A stretch of 60,204 nt of DNA, the filler included. It is 9 parts of 9 records of this genome, joined end to end, with 100 filler letters (N's around TTAATTAATTAA, not from the genome) between each part and the next. Parts side by side here need not be neighbours in the genome. Positions count along the whole stretch, not along the records: positions 8,631 to 17,408 come from SRR31147125_49544; positions 17,509 to 22,576 come from SRR31147125_49612; 7 more parts are not named here. One strand, given 5' to 3'. This document shows, piece by piece, positions 10,263 through 21,511 of this stretch. The position numbers and the translations under genes are program-made. The stretch's first letter is position 1; each line of letters starts with the position of its first letter. Below the pieces are notes generated by a model. That model saw nothing but the letters and a program-made list of their open reading frames with translations. It was not told the origin of the DNA and searched no databases.

Positions 10263-11645
10263 TCAATGCAAAAGATACCGGACAATGCCGGGAATGTTTG
10301 CCAGATTGATATATAAAAGATCACGCCTCTTTGTAATGGTCCGCCATAATTGTGTCCGGATATAGCTCTTGCGATTATAAAAGGAACTCTTGAGATAATC
10401 GCACCACTCCAGCAACTCATCCAAAGACCTTTCAGCATAGACTTCAGAAACAAGAAGCTCCCGATCCCATGTGCGTTTTTCAGCAGGAACTTCCTCCCAA
10501 AGCGCAGTGTAAGGGAAAAACGTCAGGATATTCAATTCCAATACATCGATATCCAGACTATTGAGCATATCCCTGTTAATCAGAATGTCCTCCCATGTTT
10601 CATTCGGAGCTCCGGTCATCATAGTAACAATCACCTCCAGGCCGGCGTTTTTGGCTTTGGTAACAGCCGTCCTGACCTGTTCCGGTGTGGTTTTCTTGCT
10701 GTAATAATCCAGCACCCTTTGTGAACAGCTTTCCACACCAAAATAGATGCCTCTGCACCCGGCTTTAGCTAAAAGCTGGAAATAATCCGGATTCATATCC
10801 ACCCGGGCCAGGCAAAACCATTTTAAATTATAGCCTTCCAGCATTTCGCAAATCGCTGGTACATGTTTGTTGACCGTAAAATTATCATCCTGAAAATAAA
10901 TGGTATTGATCCCGTTCTTTACCAAAAAACTCACTTCTTTTTCTATATTATCAACAGACCGGGTACGATAGCTCCTGTTTGCATAGGCGTTCACGCAGCA
11001 GTAACGGCAGTTGAATGGACAACCGCGACTGGTAAACAGGGATGTATATCTTTGCGGATGCGCCATCTGAAAAATCCCGCCCATACTGCCGTATTTGTAG
11101 TGGCTTACCAGGTGTCGTGATGGAAGAGGAAAAATATCCAGATCTTTTATCAGAGAACGATCCGGATTCTCGTGAATCGTGCCATCGGCAGATCTATATG
11201 AAAGACCCGATATTTTATCTAAGGATTCCCCATTGGTCAGCTCCATCATGGTAAATTCAGATTCGCCTCGCGCAACCAGATCTACCGTGGGAATCCTTTC
11301 CAGAATTTCCCTGGCAAAAAACGTGGGATGATATCCACCCATAATAACAGGAACATCCTTGCACACCCCCGTTGCTATCTGTGATGTTTTAACAGCATTC
11401 CGGAAGGAGGGTGTTGTGGCTGTAATGCCAACCATATCCGGAGCAGCGTTTTTAATCAGGATCCTGAGATCATCCCACTCATAGGCCGCAGCACCACAAT
11501 CAAGAACCTGAACCGTATGTCCGTTCTCCTCCAGTACAGCGGCGATATAAAGTAAACCAATGTGAAAGCTCTGCGCTCTGTTTTGCGTGCCCAGATTCAG
11601 GCCTTTTGAACATTTGACCGGTGGATTAATCAGCAGTACATTCAT
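10263..11645 (-). CDS. B12-binding-domain radical SAM protein
   Basis: MNVLLINPP, IGLLYIAAVLE, GGYHPT, RGESE, TSRGCPFNCRYC, FQDDNF, FGVES. Start chosen at 11645, which follows GAAGGA. Confidence 0.92.
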   Translation of the reverse strand: MNVLLINPPVKCSKGLNLGTQNRAQSFHIGLLYIAAVLEENGHTVQVLDCGAAAYEWDDLRILIKNAAPDMVGITATTPSFRNAVKTSQIATGVCKDVPVIMGGYHPTFFAREILERIPTVDLVARGESEFTMMELTNGESLDKISGLSYRSADGTIHENPDRSLIKDLDIFPLPSRHLVSHYKYGSMGGIFQMAHPQRYTSLFTSRGCPFNCRYCCVNAYANRSYRTRSVDNIEKEVSFLVKNGINTIYFQDDNFTVNKHVPAICEMLEGYNLKWFCLARVDMNPDYFQLLAKAGCRGIYFGVESCSQRVLDYYSKKTTPEQVRTAVTKAKNAGLEVIVTMMTGAPNETWEDILINRDMLNSLDIDVLELNILTFFPYTALWEEVPAEKRTWDRELLVSEVYAERSLDELLEWCDYLKSSFYNRKSYIRTQLWRTITKRRDLLYINLANIPGIVRYLLH

Positions 11646-12121
11646 AACAACATATCCTTCAAATGGACTATCCATTTGGATAGTTTGAAAATCTCGAGGT
11701 CACCTCTCTCATATCTTTTGAAAGGAAATATTTTAAAAACGAATTTTACTCGTACAAATTGGTGGAACAAGGGAAAAATATCCGGACAGACAAATGGTCA
11801 GAGTATGGAGTGATATGTATCGGGAAGTAATTTGGAATGTAAAGAATTGCGAATCCTTATCACAATTATCGCAAAAGGAAATATCCTGTTCATGTAAATG
11901 TCAGATCAAAAGGAACGATGGTCAGCCGCCATACTTGACTAATTTTAACAATTGTGAAATTTCCTATATTTCAGGTAAACCTAGATCTTTAGAGTGAGAG
12001 GCTTAAAACGATAGGTTTCATCAGTAAAAAGCCCATTGATACAACTTGAATCATTTTGAGCAATTGATTCTTTGCCTACATCTCTTAATAAATGTTGGTA
12101 ATTTGGAGACTCTGGATGAAC

Positions 12122-12165
12122 AAAAAAACTCGCTGGACCCGATCCTTCAGGATCCGCCCCAGCGA
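12122..12165 (-). terminator. Intrinsic terminator after the Gfo/Idh/MocA gene
   Basis: Minus strand TCGCTGG..GATCC-TGAA-GGATC..CCAGCGA followed by a T7 tract. Confidence 0.8.
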
Positions 12166-12190
12166 ACAATCAGACGCCTGAACACTTTTT

Positions 12191-13540
12191 TTAAAGTGAC
12201 CAATTTTCTCTATATTCTTGACGCAATAAACTATTGGCTTCTGAGACATTCGTTACCAAGTGATTTTTTCCATCCCAATCCAATATTTGCCCATTAAAAC
12301 GTTTTGCCAAATTCCCTATTACGACTATTTCAGTTAATAATCCTGAATAATCAAAGTTGGCACTGGGTTGAGTATTATTTTTACAGGAATCTATCCACTC
12401 CTGATAAATTCCTGGTGACCGTGGAAGAGATTTTTCAGGTAGTTTAAAAGAGCGCATTTTTGATTCCGGAATTAAACGAGGCCCATTACCATAAACTCCA
12501 CACATTATTTTCCCTTTTGAACCAATAAATAATGCACCACCTTCACTACCTCCTAACTGACGATTTCTTTCTAATTCTTTAGGACTGGGTGGTCTAAGCC
12601 CCTCATACCATGTTAATTCTAACTCAGAGAAATTTTCTCGTTTTGGAAATGTATAATTCACAATAGATGCAACAGGATAAGTTTCTGTGTTATAATCAGT
12701 GCTAATGGCCTCAACGCTTATCGGGTGTTTTAATTTTAAAGCAGTCATGATTGGATCAAGAGTATGGCAACCTCTATCAGCCATCATACCACTTCCAAAA
12801 TCCCACCAATTTCGCCAAACGCGTGGATGATAGCAGGGTGAATATGGACGATATTTTGCCGGCCCTATCCATAAATCCCAATCCAGATGGCCTGGGATCG
12901 GTGGTGATATATGTGGACGACTATCACAGGGTGTGCTCCATGATCGGTGTCCCGGAGGATAATGCGTCAGACTACACCAGGCTTCAACCTTTTTCACGTC
13001 ACCAATTACGCCACCCCAGATCCATTCACAAATCAGCCGAATTCCTTCCATAGCATGACCTTGAATCCCCATTTGCGTCACAAGACCTGATTCGTGGGCC
13101 ATTTTTGTTAATTCACGTGTTTCATAAATATCATGCGCTAAAGGTTTTTGGCAAAAGACATGTTTCCCTTCTTTCATAGCGGCCATGGCTATTACCGCAT
13201 GAGTATGATCAGGGGTAGCAATCATCACTGCATCAATGTCTTTTTGTTTCGTTAACATATTTCTATAATCTTTGTATTTTTTTGCATGTGGATAACGATT
13301 AAAAACTCTGAATGCATAACGATCATCCACATCACATAATGCTACAATATTTTCGCTTTCTACATTTTTCAAATCCCCAGATCCCATACCACCTATTCCA
13401 ATACTTGCAATATTTAATTTATCACTCGGTGCCGTATATCCTGATCCACCCAGAACATGACGTGGAACATACATAAACGTTGTTAAAGCAGCAGCACTGG
13501 TTGTTATAAACTTTCTACGTTCAATTTTTTCCATGTTCAT
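12191..13540 (-). CDS. Tat-exported Gfo/Idh/MocA family oxidoreductase
   Basis: ERRKFITTSAAA twin-Arg signal, IGIGGMG Rossmann motif, ATPDHTH, CQKPLAH, LDWDLWIGPA, WRNWWDFGSG. AGGAG precedes the 13540 start. Confidence 0.9.
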   Translation of the reverse strand: MNMEKIERRKFITTSAAALTTFMYVPRHVLGGSGYTAPSDKLNIASIGIGGMGSGDLKNVESENIVALCDVDDRYAFRVFNRYPHAKKYKDYRNMLTKQKDIDAVMIATPDHTHAVIAMAAMKEGKHVFCQKPLAHDIYETRELTKMAHESGLVTQMGIQGHAMEGIRLICEWIWGGVIGDVKKVEAWCSLTHYPPGHRSWSTPCDSRPHISPPIPGHLDWDLWIGPAKYRPYSPCYHPRVWRNWWDFGSGMMADRGCHTLDPIMTALKLKHPISVEAISTDYNTETYPVASIVNYTFPKRENFSELELTWYEGLRPPSPKELERNRQLGGSEGGALFIGSKGKIMCGVYGNGPRLIPESKMRSFKLPEKSLPRSPGIYQEWIDSCKNNTQPSANFDYSGLLTEIVVIGNLAKRFNGQILDWDGKNHLVTNVSEANSLLRQEYRENWSL

Positions 13541-14456
13541 TCTCCTTGATTTATTAGCCATATGACCGTCATGGATTTGTTAGTTAATTCCTGATCTGTC
13601 TGCCTTTGTACACCATGCCTATCCTTATGAAAACAAGAGTATGAATTTGCATCTTGTTTCTTCAAAATCTCCTACCTGGTCACCTCTGGAATGAGCTATT
13701 ATCTGATTCAGCAATATTGGACATCATATTAAATCAATATGGTCAACAATACGAATCAATTTGAATTAAAAATGTCTTGGGTAAAAGTATACACGTGTAT
13801 CCAATCAGGTTCAAAAGTAGGATTGTTAATTGGATTCATTAAACAAGCTGGCTCAAGTATATAAAATCAGTGAGTCCAGTGGTAACGTAGAATTCAAAGA
13901 AATGGAGAATGATGTTGAGATTAATTCAAAAGAATATAAACTGGTCTCAAAAATATCAAATAAAAGAAAATAATTACAAACCGTTATATTTATATAACTT
14001 TAACAATTATGATATTTTCTATATTTCAGTAAAACAGTACTCCTCATTCAGATGAAAAGTATTTTGCCTGAATAGAAATAAAAGTTCTGCCTGGACGTTT
14101 CTGAATACGACATAAACACCCCGGTCCATTATTATGTATGTAATAGTTCTTTTCAGAAATAAAAGAAAAGGAGTATTACTATAAATAGTTATACTCCCGC
14201 ACTATTGAGGAAAGTCTAAAGAGAAAAATCAGACAACTCCAGGCATATCCGTTAAACAGTTAAAAAATTACCCTTTTAAAACAAAAAATAAATTGGCGTA
14301 TACTCTGATAAAAGACACTATCATGCACTTTTGAATAGATATTTCGTTCACCATAAAAGACGCTTTTCATTAAGGCAGAAGCAATTATAGAGTTGATTTT
14401 TTTATCTGCCAATTCACATACAAATGAGTTTGGGAAAACACCTTAAAAAACAAGAT

Positions 14457-15367
14457 CTATTTTTCGCTACCTTGCATCATCTCAAACATTGGCTTCATCA
14501 TATCCATCATAGAACCTCTGGAAAACCCCTCCTTTTCTCCGGGAGGAATAAATTTATCTGCAGCTGGTTTGGTTTCTTTAATTTTGGTGATTGATTCGAT
14601 CGTCATCTCTGAATTATAGGTCTGAATTTTGCGTACTTCAATAGGTATTTTGCCGGGAACAAGTTCCCATTCATCCTCATCTTCATCATTATCAGACGGA
14701 AAAATGGCATTCATTTTTTCAGACAAACTTTTCATTTTTCGTTCTAATCCAATTTTGTCATCTGTAGCCCAAACCATCGTCAAATTCTCATCACTCTCAA
14801 CAAGATACTGTTCACAGACATAACCATATTTTGTCATTTTTTTGCCAGTTGCCTTGACTTTTTGTTTCGTTTGTGTTTCCTCTGACATTGTTTTTTTTAC
14901 CTGTTCCTGCATTTCAGGTGAAAGGTGGCTCAACATTTCTTCAGAAACCTTTTTAGATTTCTCCTGGATCCTTTTCATATCATCTTTGGACATCTCTAAT
15001 ATTTTTTTGAGACCACATGACATAATAAAAGGTGCCTTTACTAACATTTGATATAACAGTAAATTTACCTGTCTCTTCCTCGCTTTCATAAGCAAAATTA
15101 TCACCATCAATATAGGTTATTGATGTTCGTTTAACAATATCATCTCCGGTTTCGTGTAATTGTTCCTCAATTTTTTTCAGGAATGTTGAGAAAAAACCTG
15201 AGCTCATCTAATGGATTATCAAATTCAACGTTTTCAGGAATCCAGTCATAATTCAATGGAACATTATATTCAACCTGCTCAATAATATATTGTGCATGTA
15301 ATACGGGAAACGACATACCTATTGTTAAAGCTATTACAAAAATTGATATTGTACTCCATTTATTCAT
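14457..15367 (-). CDS. Secreted DUF4412-like protein, split by two apparent frameshifts in 7-nt runs (about 15171-15177 and 15002-15008)
   Basis: Signal peptide in ORF 15167-15367. ORFs 14980-15207 and 14457-15110 continue it. ATGKKMTKYGYVCEQYLV..VWAT and PAADKFIPP resemble DUF4412. Confidence 0.6.
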
Positions 15368-15395
15368 AGCATCCTCCTGGCAATTCAGATTAATA

Positions 15396-16499
15396 TTATT
15401 TTAAAAGTAGCATTTTACGGGTACTCACCGATCTCCCGTCTATATACAGTGTATAGAGATACACACCACTGGGAACACGTTCTCCAAACTTGTTTTTACC
15501 ATTCCAACTAACAGAATAAGAACCTGCTGTCTTTTCTTCATTAACAAACGTGCTAACCTCCCGCCCCATATAATCATAAATAACTAATTGAACATGAGAG
15601 GGATTAACCACTTTATAATCTATAGTTGTCGACGGATTAAAAGGATTCGGATAATTGCCGGCCAATTCATAAGATAAATTTAAAACATCGTTTTGTGATT
15701 TTATAAAAGTGTTTATATCCGTTACAAAACTGACAAAAAAGGGCTCGCTAAAATTTGGATCTGTATTATCGGGGATACTTTCCGTTGAGGCGACAAGGCC
15801 ATAATCTTTAATAATCCAGCCATACACGATCGACGAATCTGTTTCAGTCTCTACTAAAGTATCGTTAAGAAGAGTCTCTTCTGTACTGATCCTGTGTGAG
15901 CGCATGCGTAAACATTCAAAAGTACCTATGGGTAGCTGAATTGTTCCCCATGCATCTATCTGGTTTTGCAGAGATTCGGATTGCTTAATCTCCATGCCAC
16001 CTTCCAAATTGTAGCTGTAAGAGTAGTTATTATTCCAGGATTCTCCAAATGTTAATGGGAATTTAATTTCAAGATCGTCCGGTGTGTAATCAAAGATCAA
16101 TTCAGGCGCACCCCATTTTGCCGGAACGCCAATCCCTAAACCCATTAAACCATTATCCGTTAACTTGTAATAAACATAAATATCTGTAATAAAATCTTCA
16201 CCCGGATTGTAATAAGCATAATCTGCATCCGGGAATTGACTTTCATAAGGTGTATCAGATTTATTCAGATAAGAATTTATTTCAATTTTGCCCCCGGGAA
16301 ATTGCGCTTCTGAAAACACCCACTCTTGCGGCCCCCCTGTTGGACCAACCTGGATCAGATTTGACTGACTATTATCAAAGTATTCATTTATACTCGATCC
16401 TATTGGTATAGCTAAATCAGCCTTAGTTATTGTTATCTGAGAAATGCCATTAACAGAATAAAATAACACAAATGTCAGAATTAAAAGCTTTTTTTTCAT
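15396..16499 (-). CDS. Secreted protein with C-terminal FlgD-Ig/T9SS type-A-like sorting domain
   Basis: MKKKLLIL..GISQ signal peptide. The C-terminus reads NYPNPFNPSTTIDY..IYDYMGREV..WNGKN..SGVYLY..RKMLLLK. Confidence 0.85.
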   Translation of the reverse strand: MKKKLLILTFVLFYSVNGISQITITKADLAIPIGSSINEYFDNSQSNLIQVGPTGGPQEWVFSEAQFPGGKIEINSYLNKSDTPYESQFPDADYAYYNPGEDFITDIYVYYKLTDNGLMGLGIGVPAKWGAPELIFDYTPDDLEIKFPLTFGESWNNNYSYSYNLEGGMEIKQSESLQNQIDAWGTIQLPIGTFECLRMRSHRISTEETLLNDTLVETETDSSIVYGWIIKDYGLVASTESIPDNTDPNFSEPFFVSFVTDINTFIKSQNDVLNLSYELAGNYPNPFNPSTTIDYKVVNPSHVQLVIYDYMGREVSTFVNEEKTAGSYSVSWNGKNKFGERVPSGVYLYTLYIDGRSVSTRKMLLLK

Positions 16500-17205
16500 A
16501 AATTCTTTATCCATATGCACCACCCGTTTATATTCTGCAATCAAATTTTTGATTTTCTATGCCTTTTTATGGTTTTAATGGCCTTTTCTTAGCAATACTT
16601 TACGACTTGATGGCCTGATTATAACTAATCTTGGTAGCGCTTTTTCAACCTCCAATATTATAAGATATTTTCCAATCAGGATTTGATATGATTTTATGAA
16701 ACCTCCATTTGATAAAGAGTGAGACAATATCTTTATAATTCCAATTAAAATTTACCTAACCAGTTATTATCAGGAATAGTATATATTCTGAAACTTGTGT
16801 TAATTATCAAAGTATTATTTTCATTATATTTCAATCATAAAGCAAGTTACAGACAGGATTAGAAACTTTTTCCATTATATTACTTATTTAGACTGCTTGT
16901 TATATGTAAATAATATAAGAAGAAAATGCAGCAATTCAGGGACATAAAAGAATTAAAATGGTAAGATTTATGAACTGCATAATTTCAGAAATAATATTCT
17001 AATATTACTAAAAAGATTTCATGGATAATTTGGGCTTAAAACAATAAGAAGGTCCGGTCAATCACATATTTTTCAGGATATGCATTTTTTATTGGGATTC
17101 TTTTTTAATGGGTTCACAGATACAAAAAGGGGAAAGCATCTTATGGATAAGATGTGTAAAAAATATCAAAAATCGCAAATTTACGTAATAATTCCTAATT
17201 CCATA

Positions 17206-17407
17206 TTATAGTTTGTTTAATATTTCTGTTATTGTATATTTTACATGTTCTTCCTTTTCCAAGCCCAAGATCGAAATTAAAATATTTCCCTCTCGTACAA
17301 AATAAACCTTGCCATAATAGCTATCTATTACAGAAAAACTGTCTTCAACAAACGTATAATTAACCTTTTCTATCTCACCTATTGAGCGTCGATAATCCAG
17401 ATATTTT
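17206..17407 (-). CDS. 3' end of a hypothetical protein truncated by the spacer
   Basis: Open frame KYLDYRRSIG...DSYYGKVYFVREGNILISILGL...LNKL* with no start inside the contig. Confidence 0.55.
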
Positions 17408-17508
17408 ANNNNNNNNNNNNNNNNNNNNNNNNNNNNNNNNNNNNNNNNNNNNTTAATTAATTAANNNNNNNNNNNNNNNNNNNNNNNNNNNNNNNNNNNN
17501 NNNNNNNN

Positions 17509-19814
17509 AGGAATGCCAATGCTGCAGGAACAGTATACACCTTGGTGCCTTTATATTGGCCAGTTTGGTGAACTTCATCCTGTAACTTTTTCTGAAGGCT
17601 CACCGTACTTTCATCTTCGGAAGTTTGATAAATAACTCCCATTGTACTTACAATTATTTCTTTTGCCGGAAGACCTGAAATTAAAGCAATGCTCATTTTC
17701 CAGTCGAAACCAAGCGGACTCATAATCGGTTCCATTGCAATGCCCATTCTGCCTAAATACGAATTAATTAGCCTATCGGTTTCCTGTTCGTGCTGAACTT
17801 GTATAATTTGCTGTTCGCGACTATCTTTATCTAAAGCGGTGTTTGCTTCAATCCGGGTGATTTCCTGTTCGAATTCGGCCGCTTTCTCGGTTGTGCGCGG
17901 AAAATATTCCAGCGCCCAAACAATGATTACACCAAGTAGAATAATTTTCGAAATTTTCTTAAGATAATGCTGCGCTTTGTCCCAAACGTGGTGTAGAATA
18001 TTTCGTATTGTCGGAAAACGATAGGTAGGAAGCTCCATTACAAACGGTGTTTCCTTATTTCTGAAAACTGTTTTATTCAGAATTTGCGCTGTAAGAAAAG
18101 CGAAAAGAATACCTGCTGTGTAAAGCCCAATTAAGTACAAAGCCTGATGCTTTTTAAATATGGCCGAAATAATAAGCATATAAACCGGTAAGCGCGCACT
18201 GCACGACATAAACGGTATAATAAGCATTGTTAATATACGGTCGCTACGGTTACGCATCGAACGGGTAGCCAATATTGCAGGTACGTTACATCCAAAACCC
18301 ATAATCATAGGGATGAATGAACGCCCGTGTAACCCAAAAGAGTGCATTATCTCGTCCATAATAAAGGCAACGCGAGCCATATAACCAGAGCCTTCGAGTA
18401 TGGCTATAAAAAGAAAAAGGATTAGAATATTGGGCAGGAAAACCAGTACACTGCCTGTTCCGCTTATTATTCCATCAACCAGTAAGTCGTTTAACATTCC
18501 GGCCGGAATGAGCGAACCAACCAAGTTGCCAAATGATGTAACGGCCAAATCAATCCATTCCATCGGGTAAGCACCAATTTTAAAAGTAGCCCAAAACATA
18601 ATAAACAACATGGACATAAAAATTGGAAATCCCAGGTAACGGTGTGTTAGAAAGCGGTCAATTTTTTCAGAAGGTGTTATTTTCTGAACTATTTGGTTTT
18701 TATACGTTTCTTTCAGCGCTCCCGATACGAAACTATATTTTGCGTTGGTAATTATCGATTCTCCATCATCGTTTTCGAGTAACTCAATTTTTTTAATTTC
18801 TTTTTCAGTGACTCTCTTTATTTCATCAAAATTTGTATAACCCGAAAGAAGTTCGATAACTTGTTTGTCTCGTTCGAGCATTTTTATGGCAAGAAAGCGC
18901 GACGAAATTTTATCGGTAATAGGCTTATATTCCCTGATTTTTTCGCGGATAATCTTAATTGACTTTTCCAGATCTTTGCCGTAGTTTATGTGAATATGCC
19001 TTGAGATTTTATCGCGGCCCTCGAAAACTTCTACTACCTTATCAATAAGTTTTTCCAGGCCAAAACCCTTCGAACTGATGGTAGGAATTACTGGAATACC
19101 AATAAGTTTTGCTAACTCTTCTTTATCGAGCGACATGTTGTTTTTCTCCAACTCATCGAACATATTCAGCGCAATAACAGTGCGCAAGTCCATGTCAATT
19201 AGTTGGGTGGTAAGAAAAAGACTGCGTTCGAGGTTGGTCGAATCCAGAACATTTATTACAATATCGGGTGTTTGCTCGTAAATATATTTTCTAACGAAAA
19301 TTTCTTCTTTCGAATAAGCCGTTAAACTATATGTTCCCGGTAAATCGTAAAAATTGAATGTATAACCTCTGCTTTTAAAAGTTGCTTTAATAATATCAAC
19401 GGTAACACCGGTATAGTTGCCCACTTTTTCTTTCGAGCCCGAAATGAAATTAAACAAAGTGGTTTTTCCGCAATTCGGATTACCAACTAATGCAATATTT
19501 ATGGTTTTGGTATTTTCCGATTGATCAACTAAATTAATGTTTTGGTCGATGGTGCCTTCGTAGTTGTCTTTTGCGGTGTTGTCGAATTCGTGAATGGGTA
19601 CAACTTCAATTAAATCGGCTTCCGATTTGCGTAGCGATACGTTGTAGTTCAGTATCTTAAATTCGGTTGGGCCGTTAAAAGGAGCTGTTTTTATAACCTT
19701 CACTTCTTTACCCCGAATAAAGCCCATTTCCGAAATCCGCTTTCTGAAAGAACCGTGTCCTAAAACTTTGGTGATAATGACCGAATCTTTATGTTTTACT
19801 TCGCCTAACTTCAC
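17509..19814 (-). CDS. feoB: Ferrous iron transporter FeoB with fused N-terminal FeoA domain, 3'-truncated
   Basis: FeoA-like RKRISEMGFIRGKEV..LRKSEA. G-domain GNPNCGKT, VGNYTGVT, DLPGTYSL, NMFD. Gate motifs GFGCNVPA and PFMSCSARLP. Confidence 0.96.
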
Positions 19815-19865
19815 GTTTTCCCTTCAATCTCTTGTCTTAATCTAAATTAAATAAAAATAAGACTG

Positions 19866-19873
19866 CAAATATA
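19866..19873 (-). promoter_or_regulatory. Bacteroidota -7 promoter element for feoB
   Basis: TATATTTG on the minus strand matches TAnnTTTG, about 50 nt upstream of the start. Confidence 0.55.
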
Positions 19874-19960
19874 TTTAATTTCACTTCATTTCTAATAAAA
19901 ATGGAATGTTCTTTACATACTAATAACAAGTGTTTATTTTTGTGCTCATATATATTACGA

Positions 19961-20716
19961 ATGGAGGAAGATAAGTTTTATAATAACATACAAAAGGCGT
20001 TCGAAGATTTGCCGAAGAACTTTAGGATTCTTGAAGAACAGATTGATGTTGAGATTCAAATGAAATATTTTGAATTTGCTGATAAGATGCGCAAGAATGA
20101 TATTAGGGAGCAGTGTTTTGAGAATCGTGAAATGCTGTTCGATGGCGAGGTAGACATTGAAAAGAAGAAAGAAATTTTAGTGGCCATTGCAACTGTTGAT
20201 GATGTTGCATCGTACCGCACTATCGAAAAATTTGTGAATGAGGCTGAAGGCGATTTAAAACAATGGGGAGTGTTGGCATTGCAGGAAAGCCGAATGCTAA
20301 TGCACAGTTCGCTGCTCGACGAACAACAGGTTTTTATTTCGACCGGACTTGGAGGTAAAGGACAGAAATTGCGTTACTGTGTTGTTTTTATTGGTGAAAA
20401 TCGTGATGAACTTTTAACCAAGACTCAGCAAAAACTTTTAAAAGACGAGTTAATCTTCGAACTAAATAATAATGAAGGCGAGTTTGAGTCGATGGATTTT
20501 ATGGAAGGTTTCTCTTCGGCTTTGGTGATATTGCCTTTGAGCTCCGAAATAAAACAGGTTTTTCAGAATGTTATTGATGAGTGCAATAATTACGGCGGTT
20601 TTCTTAGTGAAGATGTAATTATTACGAATGTGAAGGTAATGTCGCGAAGCGAAATAATACAGTTAATTCACCAACAAAAAAGCGACGAAACTGAGGATTT
20701 TATTGAAGGAGAATAG
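19961..20716 (+). CDS. Hypothetical protein, Bacteroidales-like
   Basis: Acidic 251-aa ORF from ATG 19961 (MEEDKFY), containing FISTGLGGKG. Preceded by a TATTTTTG -7-like element at 19935-19942. Confidence 0.75.
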   Translation: MEEDKFYNNIQKAFEDLPKNFRILEEQIDVEIQMKYFEFADKMRKNDIREQCFENREMLFDGEVDIEKKKEILVAIATVDDVASYRTIEKFVNEAEGDLKQWGVLALQESRMLMHSSLLDEQQVFISTGLGGKGQKLRYCVVFIGENRDELLTKTQQKLLKDELIFELNNNEGEFESMDFMEGFSSALVILPLSSEIKQVFQNVIDECNNYGGFLSEDVIITNVKVMSRSEIIQLIHQQKSDETEDFIEGE

Positions 20717-20963
20717 ATATTAAACAAGAAATGTATGTTGAATGCATTTCTGTATAATTGCCGCTGAAAATAAAATTGAAAAAATAAATTATTAGAACTT
20801 TACAAGACCGAAATATGAAGTGCTTCTGTTTTTCAGGGAGTTACAAAATCGTTTCTTTTGTGCTTAAAAAACAATCAAAAAATAATTTCATAAAATTTAG
20901 TCGAGGTCTTGTTTTTATACAAATTAGCGTTATATTTGCACCGCTTTAAAAGCAAAACGCACT

Positions 20964-21037
20964 GGACCTGTAGCATAATTGGATAGTGCACCGCACTACG
21001 GATGCGGAGGTTAGGGGTTCGAATCCCTTCAGGTTCA
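20964..21037 (+). tRNA. tRNA-Arg(ACG)
   Basis: Acceptor GGACCTG/CAGGTTC, anticodon arm CCGCA-CTACGGA-TGCGG, T-loop GTTCGAATC. TATATTTG promoter element at 20931-20938. CCA is not encoded. Confidence 0.96.
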
Positions 21038-21048
21038 CTGAAAATGGT

Positions 21049-21084
21049 AAAAAGAGTTGTCATAAAAATGGCAACTCTTTTTTT
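21049..21084 (+). terminator. Intrinsic terminator after tRNA-Arg
   Basis: AAAAAGAGTTGTCAT-AAAA-ATGGCAACTCTTTTT hairpin with a T tract. Confidence 0.85.
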
Positions 21085-21511
21085 ATTTCATGTACTTCTT
21101 GATATTCAGTAAATTACGGCCATGTTATAGCCATGAAGTGACAAATGGATATCTCAAATTCCTAATAAACTATATGTTTTACTTGTAAGTAGCAGTAAAT
21201 CAGTCCTTAGCGTGTTGGTGTCGCAATTTATTAATGATTGTGAATTAGCATGACAATCGGAAGCCAAAATGAGAAAAAGTTCTCAATAACAGTGTTTTAC
21301 GTTGTTGTTTGTTCGTTTGTTATTGCCATTTTATTAAGTCATCGCAATGACATTGTTACGACATCATCAGACAAAGAATAGTTACTAATTCGTTACTGAA
21401 AATATAATGGATTTTAGTAACGAATTCCTACGTAAGTCTCTGAATTGTCGTGTTTTGTCTTCTTGGAAGTAACTTGATTGAATTAGTTTTATAACCAATT
21501 AATTAAGTATT

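Noticed and set aside
11794-11997. Cys-containing 67-aa ORF as a RiPP precursor for the radical SAM pair
   Set aside because: Opposite strand, no clear RBS, no leader/core pattern, and the enzymes lack SPASM/RRE features. Likely spurious.
13560-14450. Possible decayed gene (PTWSP-like motif, short protein-like frames) in a 900-bp intergenic region
   Set aside because: Fragments are short and interrupted, and no family can be supported without a search.
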